Below are positions 37,756-47,852 of a DNA stretch of 64,000 bases, one piece after another (the stretch's first letter is position 1; every line of letters begins with the position of its first letter). The DNA lies in sequence record SRR31156797_6573. One strand, 5' to 3'. The translations under genes were made by a program, and so were the position numbers. Below the pieces are notes generated by a model that searched no databases, had not been told where the DNA came from, and worked only from the letters and a program-made list of their open reading frames with translations.

Positions 37756-38616
37756 ATGTCTGATACGAATAATACTAAAGTAGTTAAAGACTCATTTATC
37801 TCACGTGTGAAAGAGTTTTATCCGTCGTTGCATCCTGTTGAGAAACAGTTGGCGGGTTTTATCTTAGATTTTCCGGGTGAACTAGCAAGTTATACAGCGT
37901 CAGAACTGGCTTCATTAGCTGGTGTATCTAACGCAACCGTATCTCGCTTTATTCGCCATATTGGGTATCAAAATTTTGATGAAGCCAGACGCCAGGTTCG
38001 AGAGGAACGTAAATCGGGTGTTCCTTTGTTTCAAGCAGAGCGAAAGACCGCCATGACTGGCGAAAAGGCTTCAGATAACACGGTTCTGTACGGAAATAAC
38101 ATTGTTGAGACATTTAAGCAGCTTGGCGAATCAAGAGTTAATGCCATAACGGATAAGATGCTCAACTCTCGCAGAGTGTGGGTGTTTGGTTTCAGGGCAA
38201 GTCAGGCTTTAGCGACATATTTTCAACTTCAACTATACCAACTCAATGATGACGCTCGTTTAGTTCAGACTGGTGATGGTGGCTTAGGTGAGTTTCTCAG
38301 TGCCATTAATGATCAGGACCTCATCGTATTGTATGGCTTGCGTCGACGTCCAACCATCTGGCACCAACTGCTTAGCCAATGCATAGGAACCGGAGCTGAG
38401 ATATTGCTCATCAGTGACAATCACTTAGCGTTTGATCAGGATGTCACCTGGCACATTCGCTGCTGTTGCGATAATGCGGGTCCACTGGACGATCACACAT
38501 CAGTCATGGCCCTAAATCACCTGTTACTGAATTCAGCGTTTGAGCGCGCCGGTCCTGATGAACGACGTAGGCTTGCGGATTCATATAATCAGCATCAGCA
38601 ATTGGATGAACTGTAA
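37756..38616 (+). CDS. MurR/RpiR family regulator (HTH + SIS)
   Basis: ELASLAGVSNATVSRFIRHIGY, VFGFRAS. Confidence 0.88.
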   Translation: MSDTNNTKVVKDSFISRVKEFYPSLHPVEKQLAGFILDFPGELASYTASELASLAGVSNATVSRFIRHIGYQNFDEARRQVREERKSGVPLFQAERKTAMTGEKASDNTVLYGNNIVETFKQLGESRVNAITDKMLNSRRVWVFGFRASQALATYFQLQLYQLNDDARLVQTGDGGLGEFLSAINDQDLIVLYGLRRRPTIWHQLLSQCIGTGAEILLISDNHLAFDQDVTWHIRCCCDNAGPLDDHTSVMALNHLLLNSAFERAGPDERRRLADSYNQHQQLDEL

Positions 38617-38666
38617 AGCAGCCAATTATTAATTATGGAAGTCATACTTGAAGGAGTATTAAAGAG

Positions 38667-40067
38667 ATGGCGACTAGTCAGTTTGAAAAATTATTAGAAG
38701 GGTTTGAACCTAGCTTTGAATTTGTGCCGCCGATGGCCATTCCTCAAGCAGAATTTTATTCCCGAGTTGAGCAAATTCGTCGTGAAGCGATGATTGCTGA
38801 GCTGGATGTCATTATTGTTAACGCCAATGGAGCCAGTGGCTTCAATACGACAAACAAATATCTGCGTTACTTATGTGACTGGATTCGTGAAGGGATTTTA
38901 ATCATCCCGACAGACAGCAGCAAAGGTCTGCAATTGTATTCTTTCTATACCCAGTCAGTGTTGTTGCCACCTTCTTTAGGTGAAGCGGTAGGTGTAGAAA
39001 AAATGTATCAGGTTGGTGCATTGGGTCGTGAATACTCAGGACGTCAGGGGGACTCTGGTCGTCAATTAGTTGAAGGTGTGGTGAAGTCACTGGCTCACCT
39101 TGGCTACAGCACGGCAAATATCGGTTTGATCGGCGATTCGACGTCAGTTAAACACTGGCATGGTATTCAAAGCTTGCTGCCGAAAGCAACATACAAAGAG
39201 ATGACTCACGTTATTCTTAACATGCAACGCATTCGTTCCAAAAACGAAGTTGATCAAATTCGTGCATCAGCGCAATTGATGGATATTGGTTTTGAAGCAG
39301 CGGTTCATGCCTGCAAGCCGGGTGTGACAGACTTTGAGCTGTACGCAGCATTCAGCTTTGCACAACTTGCCCGTGGTGGTGAAAATGCCGATGCATACCA
39401 AATTGGTGTGAATCAATACGGTACTCATTGTGGTAAGCCATACGGTCACCGTATTGTTTCTGGCGATCTAATCAACTTCTATGTATCGGGTATCTCTTTC
39501 CGCGGTTATTCAGCACAAATGGCACGTATGATTGCGGTTGGTGATATTACCGATAAGCAGGAACAGACACTCGAAGTGTGTACAGAAGCCTTACGCCGTG
39601 CAGAAAAAGCGATTCATCCGGGCGCTCGAGCGTGTGACATTAACAAAGCGGCATTTTCTGCTTATGTTGAGCAAGGCTATGTTGAAGACGATATCACTGC
39701 GACTATGCCTTATAACTGGGCACCGAACGATGACCTTTCAGCGGTTGAAATTCCTGAGCAATATGTACCGGACGTTGATTTTGAAGCGACTGGTCGCAAA
39801 TTGATGCACGTTTATCCTGCCGTTGCTGGCCCTCATAACCCAAATGTGGGCCACAGTGTCGGTATGCACGGTAACCCGGATAAGTTTAACCTAACTTCAC
39901 ATAATACTGACATCTGTCGTCCGGGCTTAACGTTTGTATTGCATCCGCAATGGTTAGCACCACAAGAATCTGGTGCCAATATCGGTAACAGCTATGCCGT
40001 AACCGAAGATGGATACGAAAACCTAAACTGCCACACTCCAATCGAAACGATTCGTATCAAAGCGTGA
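38667..40067 (+). CDS. M24 (pita-bread) family hydrolase, creatinase/EutD-like
   Basis: RSKNEVDQIR, KPGVTDFEL, GHSVG, AVTEDGYENL. Confidence 0.8.
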   Translation: MATSQFEKLLEGFEPSFEFVPPMAIPQAEFYSRVEQIRREAMIAELDVIIVNANGASGFNTTNKYLRYLCDWIREGILIIPTDSSKGLQLYSFYTQSVLLPPSLGEAVGVEKMYQVGALGREYSGRQGDSGRQLVEGVVKSLAHLGYSTANIGLIGDSTSVKHWHGIQSLLPKATYKEMTHVILNMQRIRSKNEVDQIRASAQLMDIGFEAAVHACKPGVTDFELYAAFSFAQLARGGENADAYQIGVNQYGTHCGKPYGHRIVSGDLINFYVSGISFRGYSAQMARMIAVGDITDKQEQTLEVCTEALRRAEKAIHPGARACDINKAAFSAYVEQGYVEDDITATMPYNWAPNDDLSAVEIPEQYVPDVDFEATGRKLMHVYPAVAGPHNPNVGHSVGMHGNPDKFNLTSHNTDICRPGLTFVLHPQWLAPQESGANIGNSYAVTEDGYENLNCHTPIETIRIKA

Positions 40068-40172
40068 TTTTATAAGTTAACAATTAACTCGCTCAGTATT
40101 TAACTGAATAAATTCGTTCGACCTGCATTTGTTGAATACTGAGTTATATCGGCATGATTGCCAGAGGATTTT

Positions 40173-41072
40173 ATGGAAAAAATTCAAGTTGCTGCAACCG
40201 GGCATAGTCTTAATTACCTGCCAGAATATCTGGCTCTGGAAAATGGCTACTTTGCAGAAGAAGGTATTGAACTGAATGCTATTGTTCCCAGCCCTTGGGA
40301 CAAAGTCATCACCGAAATCGAGCAAAGCACTTCAAACTATGCGCTAGGCGGTATTTGGGTCCCTGCTATGTATCATGGTAATGGAAAGCAACTGGTTCCT
40401 TTCGCACAACTTGCAGCGCGATGCCCTATGGCTATTGTTGGCAGGAAAGAAGCTGAATTTAAGTTCGAAGACTTAGTGGGGAAAACCATTTTGGTACCGG
40501 GTGGTAATGGTGCCAGCCCGGGTATGTTCTTGGAACTGTTGCTAAAAGAACATGGTATAGATTTGACTCAGGTTAACATGGCGCGTTGTTTATCCGGTGC
40601 GATGATGAAAGATTTGTTTGTCGGCGGGCTGGGTGACTATCTTTTAATTGATCCCATCTCTGCGTTGAAACTGAGCCGCGAAACGGACAGTGTGATCCTT
40701 ACTCATTTAAGTCAGACTGGGGGGGGTATTCCCTGGAGCGTTTACTACAGCACACCAGAAACTTTAGGTGCTGATGAGGAGATTCAAATTAAGTTTACTC
40801 GCGCACTAGCTAAAGGTATGAAACTGGTCAATGACACGCCTGCAGAAGAAATAAGCGATTTGTTAGCTAAATTATTCCCAGCCAACGAACTGAGCGACTT
40901 AATCTCACTGGTTAATGCTTATCGGGAGTGGGGGATGTGGACCTCACCAGAGATCGACCGTCCTTCTTGTGAACGATGGTTACAAGGTATTTCAGATGGA
41001 AACTTATCTGCCCAGCCGATTCCTTATGATGAACTGGTAAATTATAACATTGCCAATACTGCTTTAAGTTAG
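40173..41072 (+). CDS. NMT1/THI5/SsuA-like periplasmic-binding-fold protein lacking a signal peptide
   Basis: YLPEYLALENGYFAEEGIEL, EDLVGKTI. Confidence 0.78.
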   Translation: MEKIQVAATGHSLNYLPEYLALENGYFAEEGIELNAIVPSPWDKVITEIEQSTSNYALGGIWVPAMYHGNGKQLVPFAQLAARCPMAIVGRKEAEFKFEDLVGKTILVPGGNGASPGMFLELLLKEHGIDLTQVNMARCLSGAMMKDLFVGGLGDYLLIDPISALKLSRETDSVILTHLSQTGGGIPWSVYYSTPETLGADEEIQIKFTRALAKGMKLVNDTPAEEISDLLAKLFPANELSDLISLVNAYREWGMWTSPEIDRPSCERWLQGISDGNLSAQPIPYDELVNYNIANTALS

Positions 41073-41252
41073 CCTACGCAATGGTAAAACTAACTTAGAA
41101 CTTCAATCCTTTATTTGAGTGAAATTTCTCGTTTCATCAAAGTATACCCGTCCCTGAACTGTCGTTTCTCGTTACAGGGGCGAGTCCTTTCTTTATATGG
41201 TAATTAGCACTCGGGTAAAGAATGGATCGTTAACCAATTTGAGAGCCTAGCA

Positions 41253-41918
41253 ATGTCGAGTGATGATAAAATATACAATCAGTTGTTAAAGACCATCGTA
41301 GCTCATGAGTTACCACCGGGTTCCAGATTACCGGAAGATAAGCTTTCTGATGCCTTTAATGTCAGCAGAACTGGTATTCGTAAAGTTTTACAAAGATTAG
41401 CAATAGAACAATTTGTCTTAATACGGCCAAATAAAGGTGCTGAAGTCTATGCACCGGATAAGCAAGAAGCCAAAGAGGTTTTTGATTCAAGAATATTGAT
41501 TGAAACCCAACTGATCCCTAATCTAATCAACAACTGGAACACGATGCACTCCGCTCGATTTAGACAGCTTGTTGTACAGGAAAAGCAGGCGGAGCTGGCG
41601 CATGATTTGTCTGCTTCTATTCTACTAACATCTCAGTTTCATTATGAGTTAGCGAAATTGGCTGGCAATTCCGTGTTAGCAGGCTTTGTCGAAAAACTCT
41701 GCTATCGTTCATCGTTAGTGATTGCATCGTATGGCTCAATCAATAGTGTTGGTTGTGATTGTGGTGACCATAGCCATTTGATTGATTTATTGGATGATAG
41801 GGATATGCAAGGCTCAATAGTATGGATGAAGCATCATTTAATTCAGATTAAGTCGTCACTGAATATCGATAGGAAGCGGAACAGAGACATCGATTTTCGA
41901 CAATTGTTCGCCAACTAA
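41253..41918 (+). CDS. GntR/FadR family regulator
   Basis: PGSRLPEDKLSDAFNVSRTGIR, FCD-type C-terminus. Confidence 0.9.
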   Translation: MSSDDKIYNQLLKTIVAHELPPGSRLPEDKLSDAFNVSRTGIRKVLQRLAIEQFVLIRPNKGAEVYAPDKQEAKEVFDSRILIETQLIPNLINNWNTMHSARFRQLVVQEKQAELAHDLSASILLTSQFHYELAKLAGNSVLAGFVEKLCYRSSLVIASYGSINSVGCDCGDHSHLIDLLDDRDMQGSIVWMKHHLIQIKSSLNIDRKRNRDIDFRQLFAN

Positions 41919-42113
41919 GGTTATCAGGCTTTACGTGAGCGCGTTGATTCAGCTCTGAGTCCTGCATCATATATGTCTATTTTGATAAATACTGAGCGTT
42001 CGAATATCAAAAAAGCCAGTGAGCAAAGTCAACTGGCAATAGCTTGAGGGCAAATAATTAGGTTAAAAAAGGACCTAAGCTTGAGGGGGCTTAGATCCTA
42101 TAAACAGTGAACC

Positions 42114-43859
42114 TTAAGATGCAGTTACTGCTGTTTTATCAGTAGAGCGAGCTTTAAAGAACGCGTAACCGAAGCCTGTTACTGCTGTACCTGCCGCGAT
42201 AGCCACCAAGTACATGAACACAGGAGTAATAGCACCTGGAATTGCTAGTACAAACAAGCCGCCGTGTGGAGCCATCAGTTTCGCACCGAATAGCATTGAT
42301 AGAGCACCTGTTAGTGCGCCACCTGCCATACAAGCTGGGATAACGCGCATTGGATCTTTCGCTGCAAATGGAATCGCACCTTCAGAGATGAAACATAGAC
42401 CCAGTACGAATGATGCTTTACCCGCTTCACGTTCGTTGGCTTCGAACTTGTCTTTAGCAAGGAAAGTTGCCAGACCCATACCCAAAGCTGGAACCATACC
42501 TGCTGCCATGATTGCTGCCATTGGAGCGTATGTTTGTGAAGCTAACAGACCAACACCGAATGTGTAAGCGGCTTTGTTTACCGGGCCACCAAGGTCGAAA
42601 CACATCATTGCGCCAAGGATGATACCAAGTAGAACTGCGTTAGCTGAACCCATATCGTTAAGGAAGGTTGTCATCGCATTCATGATGCTTGAGACAGGGC
42701 CGCCCACAACGTAGATCATGATCAAACCAGTCACTAAGCTAGCAATGAAAGGAATGATAAGAATCGGTTTCAGCGCTTCCATTGACTGAGGCAGAGAAAC
42801 TTTATCCGCAAGGAATTTAGCAGTGTAACCCGCTAAGAAACCAGCAACGATACCGCCAAGGAAACCAGCACCCGTTGAGCTAGCAAGCATACCGCCGATT
42901 AGACCTGGTGCAAGTCCAGGACGGTCCGCGATTGAGAATGCAATGAAACCAGCCAGAACAGGAATCATCAGAGCAAATGCAGAACCACCACCAATAGTCA
43001 TCAGTGCCGCTGCCAATGTGCCTTCTTCTTTAAACGCTTCGATACCGAACACGAAAGAGAGAGCGATGATCAAACCACCCGCAACAACCACAGGTAGCAT
43101 GTGAGATACACCGGTCATCAAGTGTTTGTAGACACCTTTTTTCTCACCTGTACTTTCAGATTTGTTTGCAGACTCTGCTTGAGTGAATACCGTTGCTTTT
43201 TCAAATGCGTTACTGATTTCTTGCTCGGTTTTCTTAAGAGCAAGACCAGTACTGGTTTTGTAAAGTTTTTTGCCGTTAAAGCGCTCTAGAGGAACTTCGA
43301 TATCAGCGGCGATAATGACTAAGTCAGCATCAGCGATTTCTTGATCAGTCAGTTGGTTTTTCGCACCGACTGAGCCACGAGTTTCCACTTTGATTTGGTG
43401 ACCGAGGCGAGTCCCTGTTTCTTCAAGCGCTTCAGCGGCCATGAAAGTATGAGCAACACCAGTAGGGCATGCAGTAATCGCAACAATTCTCTTCGCAGCG
43501 GCTGCTGGAGCAGCAGAAGGCGCTTCGTATGTTGTTGCTGTTGCAGCGCTGAGTTCGCTTGCTTGTTCAACAGCTGCTTTTAGGTACGCCGCAGGATCAC
43601 TGGTGCATGCAGAGATATCGCTTTGGTAAACTTTCTTACCAATAAAGCGAGTGGTATCTACTGGAGTATTTGCTGCAACAATCACAACTTCAGCGTTGCT
43701 AATGTCGGCATCTGTAAGCGTATAACCATCAATAACTGAAGAGTGACATTCCACAACGGAAGTCCAGTTTAATGATTTAGCCGCTTGCTCTAGTAGTCCG
43801 GCAGCGATAATGCTGTTTGCAACGCCGCTAGGGCATGCAGTAATAATAGCAATATTCAT
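42114..43859 (-). CDS. fruA: PTS fructose EIIB'BC
   Basis: Duplicated EIIB (ACPSG, ACPTGVAHT), DLGGPVNKAA, ISEGAIPF. Confidence 0.96.
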   Translation of the reverse strand: MNIAIITACPSGVANSIIAAGLLEQAAKSLNWTSVVECHSSVIDGYTLTDADISNAEVVIVAANTPVDTTRFIGKKVYQSDISACTSDPAAYLKAAVEQASELSAATATTYEAPSAAPAAAAKRIVAITACPTGVAHTFMAAEALEETGTRLGHQIKVETRGSVGAKNQLTDQEIADADLVIIAADIEVPLERFNGKKLYKTSTGLALKKTEQEISNAFEKATVFTQAESANKSESTGEKKGVYKHLMTGVSHMLPVVVAGGLIIALSFVFGIEAFKEEGTLAAALMTIGGGSAFALMIPVLAGFIAFSIADRPGLAPGLIGGMLASSTGAGFLGGIVAGFLAGYTAKFLADKVSLPQSMEALKPILIIPFIASLVTGLIMIYVVGGPVSSIMNAMTTFLNDMGSANAVLLGIILGAMMCFDLGGPVNKAAYTFGVGLLASQTYAPMAAIMAAGMVPALGMGLATFLAKDKFEANEREAGKASFVLGLCFISEGAIPFAAKDPMRVIPACMAGGALTGALSMLFGAKLMAPHGGLFVLAIPGAITPVFMYLVAIAAGTAVTGFGYAFFKARSTDKTAVTAS

Positions 43860-43876
43860 AGTACGACCTTCTGTCC

Positions 43877-44854
43877 TTAATTGTTAGATACTTCAAAAGT
43901 ACCAACTGGTTGTAATTGGATTTCTTTTTGTAGGGTGGTTAATTGAGATTCTGAAGTCACACCCACGCCAACCTGCGTTACAGCAAGTGCTGACAAGGCT
44001 GTTGCGAATGTGATTAAAGATTCTTTATCCATGTTTTGCATATGACCCCAGCAGAAACCTGCTACTAGGGTGTCGCCAGCACCAACGGTACTTACAACGC
44101 TCATACGTGGTGGCTGAGCGTGAAGCCATTGACCTTCGTTTAGCCACATGGTTCCGTTGGCTCCCATAGAGACAACGATGTTTTCGATACCTTTTCCTGC
44201 CAGTTCAGCGGCTGCTGTACGGCATTCTTGTGGTGATTCAAGCTCACGGCCGACAAACTGAGACAGCTCTTCATCATTTGGCTTAATCAGCCAAGGATGA
44301 GCGTCTAAGCCAGCGGCAAGCGCGTCACGGCTGCTGTCGAATAGCACTCTCTTACCAAGAGAATGTAGTTTTTCAATCCAAGAAGCACATAGAGTTGCTG
44401 AAACACCCGTTGGGAGGCTGCCTGCAAGAACGAAGTAGTCATGGTCTTCAGCCAGACGCAGCAACGTTGTTTCAAAAGCGGCAATATCATCGTTGGTTAC
44501 GTTGATACCCGGGAAGTTGATGTCACTGACTTCACCACTCGCTTCAACCAGCTTTACGTTAATGCGTGTTGAGCCATGAATGCGGATGAACTCATCTTTC
44601 GCGCCCATTTCTTCAAACAGCTGACAAAACATCTCTTGGTTATCGCGGCCAAGGAAACCTGTAACCGTGACTTCCGCACCAAGGTCACTTAGCACTTTAG
44701 CCACGTTCACACCTTTACCCGCGGCGTGAAGAGAGCCTTGATTCACTAAACTAACAGTACCAACATTTAGCGTATCCAAGCTGCCGGTCAGATCCAGCGC
44801 AGGGTTTAGGGTAATGGTGACGACTTTTTTCGTTGTCATGGCGTTAGTTTGCAT
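43877..44854 (-). CDS. fruK: 1-phosphofructokinase
   Basis: TLNPALD, GKGVNVA, KPNDEE, STVGAGD; start at 44854 or 44839. Confidence 0.95.
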   Translation of the reverse strand: MQTNAMTTKKVVTITLNPALDLTGSLDTLNVGTVSLVNQGSLHAAGKGVNVAKVLSDLGAEVTVTGFLGRDNQEMFCQLFEEMGAKDEFIRIHGSTRINVKLVEASGEVSDINFPGINVTNDDIAAFETTLLRLAEDHDYFVLAGSLPTGVSATLCASWIEKLHSLGKRVLFDSSRDALAAGLDAHPWLIKPNDEELSQFVGRELESPQECRTAAAELAGKGIENIVVSMGANGTMWLNEGQWLHAQPPRMSVVSTVGAGDTLVAGFCWGHMQNMDKESLITFATALSALAVTQVGVGVTSESQLTTLQKEIQLQPVGTFEVSNN

Positions 44855-44864
44855 AAATTGCCCC

Positions 44865-46004
44865 TTAACCTTCACCAAGGCCTGCATTGATAGCCGCACC
44901 TATTGAAGCCAGTGCTTTTTCTGCGTCAGGGCCATCTGCCGTAAATTGAAGCTGGTGGCCGTGTTTAACGCCAAGCGCGATAACTTTCATTAAGCTCTTC
45001 GCATTCACGGTTTTACCATCACCATCGAGGTTAGAAACCTTGATAGCTGATTCGAATTTCTTCGCTTCTGCAACCAACATTGCGCCTGGGCGGGCGTGTA
45101 AGCCGTGTGAGTTTTTAATCTTAAATACTGCTACGTTGTCATTATTTTCCGCAGCCGGTTCTTCTTGTTCCGCTTCATTACTGAATAGTGCAAGAAGCTG
45201 GTCAGTATTGGCTTTCAAGAAGGTTTCTTGTTCGCCAGCAAATACTTTTTGCGTCAGTTTGCTCAGCATGTTTTGGTGTGCGTTATTGCACGCAGCGAAT
45301 GCCACTAGCGCTTTCACAGGCTGACCTTCGTACTCACAGTGATTCGCTGTTGAAACAAATGACATACCAGTACGTTTAACTGACTTGTCGCTACTTACAA
45401 CCCATAGACCTTTGCCAAGGTGAGTCGGTGTTTTAGTCACTAAGTCAGCGACGAATTCTGAATCTGCGCAACCGGTGTTTTTCAGTAAACCGCCAGCTAC
45501 AGCGCTCATTTGAACCATGTCGCTTGCTGGGAAAAGTAATTGAATCAGAGAAGCGTCGAAATCTGCTTCGAACTGAACTTCACCATTTAATAAAGCGATA
45601 ATGTCGTTTGCAGATTTTGCTTGTTTGAGTTTCTCTTCTACACCGTCAGCAGAAAGCACTTTAGTTAACTGTTTAAGAATACCTAAGTGTTCATCTGACT
45701 TAGCGGCAATACCGATAGCAACGTAAACTGTGTTGTCGTCGCCCCAGTTAACACCGTTAGGGAAGTGGTGAACGGCTACGCCAGTTTGTTTTACTAAGTC
45801 ACGGGTGTCTGTAGTGCCGTGAGGGATCGCAATACCGTTACCTAAAAATGTTGAGTTTTGCGCTTCGCGGTTGAGCATGCCATCAACGTAGCCGGTATCC
45901 ACTAGACCTTTAGCAGTGAGGTCAGCAGCGATAGCACGTATAGCATCTAACTTGTTAGGCTGTGATTGCCCAAGTTGTATATTTTGAGTGGTTAATTGCA
46001 GCAT
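44865..46004 (-). CDS. fruB: Fused PTS fructose EIIA/HPr (FPr)
   Basis: GIAIPHG, GLHARP, NAKSLM. Confidence 0.95.
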   Translation of the reverse strand: MLQLTTQNIQLGQSQPNKLDAIRAIAADLTAKGLVDTGYVDGMLNREAQNSTFLGNGIAIPHGTTDTRDLVKQTGVAVHHFPNGVNWGDDNTVYVAIGIAAKSDEHLGILKQLTKVLSADGVEEKLKQAKSANDIIALLNGEVQFEADFDASLIQLLFPASDMVQMSAVAGGLLKNTGCADSEFVADLVTKTPTHLGKGLWVVSSDKSVKRTGMSFVSTANHCEYEGQPVKALVAFAACNNAHQNMLSKLTQKVFAGEQETFLKANTDQLLALFSNEAEQEEPAAENNDNVAVFKIKNSHGLHARPGAMLVAEAKKFESAIKVSNLDGDGKTVNAKSLMKVIALGVKHGHQLQFTADGPDAEKALASIGAAINAGLGEG

Positions 46005-46085
46005 TTGTTTGCCCCTTCTTTTTGTCGCTGTTCGACAAGATTATTTCTATTTATTTTTATTGTAGTTAACTTTTACTTAACATCA

Positions 46086-46267
46086 GCTGAAACGATTCAG
46101 CTTTCAGTCCAAAAAAATTCAGCAAAGTTGCCAATTCGCCTTTTTAAGAGCAGGTGGCATACCTACTGATTTGTGAGAATTTACATCAAAAATTGATATT
46201 CCTAACAATTTTCAGCCTTTCTCAACTTTGCTGAATCCTTTCAGCTTTAATACTGAATCGATTCAGC
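46086..46267. promoter_or_regulatory. Three Cra/FruR operators
   Basis: GCTGAAACGATTCAGC (46086), GCTGAATCCTTTCAGC (46230), ACTGAATCGATTCAGC (46252). Confidence 0.88.
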
Positions 46268-46338
46268 GTATAATTCAACTCCATAGCGGATCAAAAAATT
46301 GTTTCTATGATCCGGAGCACATAAATAGAGCAGTTGAT

Positions 46339-47319
46339 ATGACACTAGATGAAATCGCGAAATTGGCTGGCGTTTCAAAAACCACCGCGAGCTATGTGAT
46401 TAATGGCAAAGCGCAGAAGTACCGGATTAGCGAGAAAACTCAAAAAAAAGTGATGACGGTAGTCAATGAACATAACTATCGTCCCGATCATGCAGCTTCA
46501 GCGTTGAGAGCCGGTAACAGTCGCTCATTTGGTTTGATTATCCCTGATCTGGAAAACACCAGTTATGCAAGATTGGCGAAGTTGCTTGAACAGAATTCAC
46601 GTCAAGCGGGTTACCAAATACTGATCGCGTGTTCGGATGATGACCCTACTATTGAGATGACGGCAGCAGAGGCGCTGGTTTCACGCCGTATTGATGCTCT
46701 GTTTGTCGCCAGCTCAATTCCTAACGCCAGTGAGTATTACCTGAAAATGCAAAACTTGGGTACGCCAGTTATTGCTATTGACCGTCCGTTAGATGATGAG
46801 TATTTCGCTTGTGTGATCAGTGAAGATTATGGAGCAGCTTATGACCTGACATCTTCATTGCTTACTGAAGACGTGAAAACGGTGGGCTTGGTTGGAGCTC
46901 TCCCTGAGTTAAGCATCTCTTTAGAGCGTCAACTGGGTTTTGAGTCAGCGGTTAAATCAAATCAACGCGATTTTATTCTTGGTTATGGTGAGCACTTTAA
47001 CCGTGAACAAGGGCGTAAAGTTTTTGAGCAATGGATAGAAAAGGACACCTTACCTGATGCGGTTGTCGCAACGTCTTATACTTTGCTTGAAGGCATTTTG
47101 GATGTGCTAATGGAGCATCCTGAGTTAGTGAAGAATATTCATATCGCTACGTTTGGTGACAATCGATTATTGGATTTTCTACCGGTGAAAATTAACTCCT
47201 TGCCACAGCAGTTTGAACTGATAGCAGATAGCGCGTTGGCATTAGCGTTAAACGCCTCAGCAAAACGTTATCAAGCTGGCGTGGAGCTTGTTCCAAGAAG
47301 ATTAAAAGTCAGGACTTAA
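46339..47319 (+). CDS. cra: Catabolite repressor/activator Cra (FruR)
   Basis: MTLDEIAKLAGVSKTTASYVINGKA LacI HTH; divergent from fruBKA. Confidence 0.95.
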   Translation: MTLDEIAKLAGVSKTTASYVINGKAQKYRISEKTQKKVMTVVNEHNYRPDHAASALRAGNSRSFGLIIPDLENTSYARLAKLLEQNSRQAGYQILIACSDDDPTIEMTAAEALVSRRIDALFVASSIPNASEYYLKMQNLGTPVIAIDRPLDDEYFACVISEDYGAAYDLTSSLLTEDVKTVGLVGALPELSISLERQLGFESAVKSNQRDFILGYGEHFNREQGRKVFEQWIEKDTLPDAVVATSYTLLEGILDVLMEHPELVKNIHIATFGDNRLLDFLPVKINSLPQQFELIADSALALALNASAKRYQAGVELVPRRLKVRT

Positions 47320-47402
47320 TATTGCGCTATACCTGAGTGACTTCAAGTATAAGCAAGTGTTAGACTGCGTCCCTAGATAATTTTGTTGTTAAAGGTAATG
47401 TA

Positions 47403-47669
47403 ATGAACCCAATTATTGCGATGTTAAAAGAGAACAATGTTAGTGATGAGCAAATTAATGATGTATTCCAAGCTCTGACTCAAAATCCTCTTGCAGCAAT
47501 GATGACTATCGGTCAGCTTGGTCTGCCTCAAGAGCAGCTACAACTGCTAATGGGTCAGGTAATGCAAAACCCAGCTTTGATTAAAGAAGCAGTAGAAGAA
47601 CTTGGTTTAGACTTCTCTAAAGTTGAAGAAGCAAAACAGCGCATGCAAGAGCAGCAACAGCAACAGTAA
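47403..47669 (+). CDS. DUF2999-like small protein
   Basis: MNPIIAMLKE...LGLDFSKVE recalled family. Confidence 0.75.
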   Translation: MNPIIAMLKENNVSDEQINDVFQALTQNPLAAMMTIGQLGLPQEQLQLLMGQVMQNPALIKEAVEELGLDFSKVEEAKQRMQEQQQQQ

Positions 47670-47706
47670 TTCTGCGTTTTAATACTAATATTTATTACTA
47701 ATATTT

Positions 47707-47738
47707 AAAATGCCGACCAGTCAGGGTCGGCATTTTTT
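47707..47738 (+). terminator. Rho-independent terminator
   Basis: AAAATGCCGACC...GGTCGGCATTTTTT. Confidence 0.85.
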
Positions 47739-47852
47739 ATTCTACTTTTCAATCTTTTCCTGCTCGCTCATCGCAATTATGAGCAAATTGGGTATTATAT
47801 CGAAGTAACCTCTTTTTTATTCTTCCATTATTGCTCGAAGCACAGGAAAGGC

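Noticed and set aside
46228-46338. N-terminal extension of Cra in the ORF track
   Set aside because: Overlaps the Cra operators; the canonical start MTLDEIA is at 46339
47683-47707. Tandem duplication TACTAATATTTA x2
   Set aside because: Two copies of an AT-only-like 12-mer before a terminator; no evidence of function
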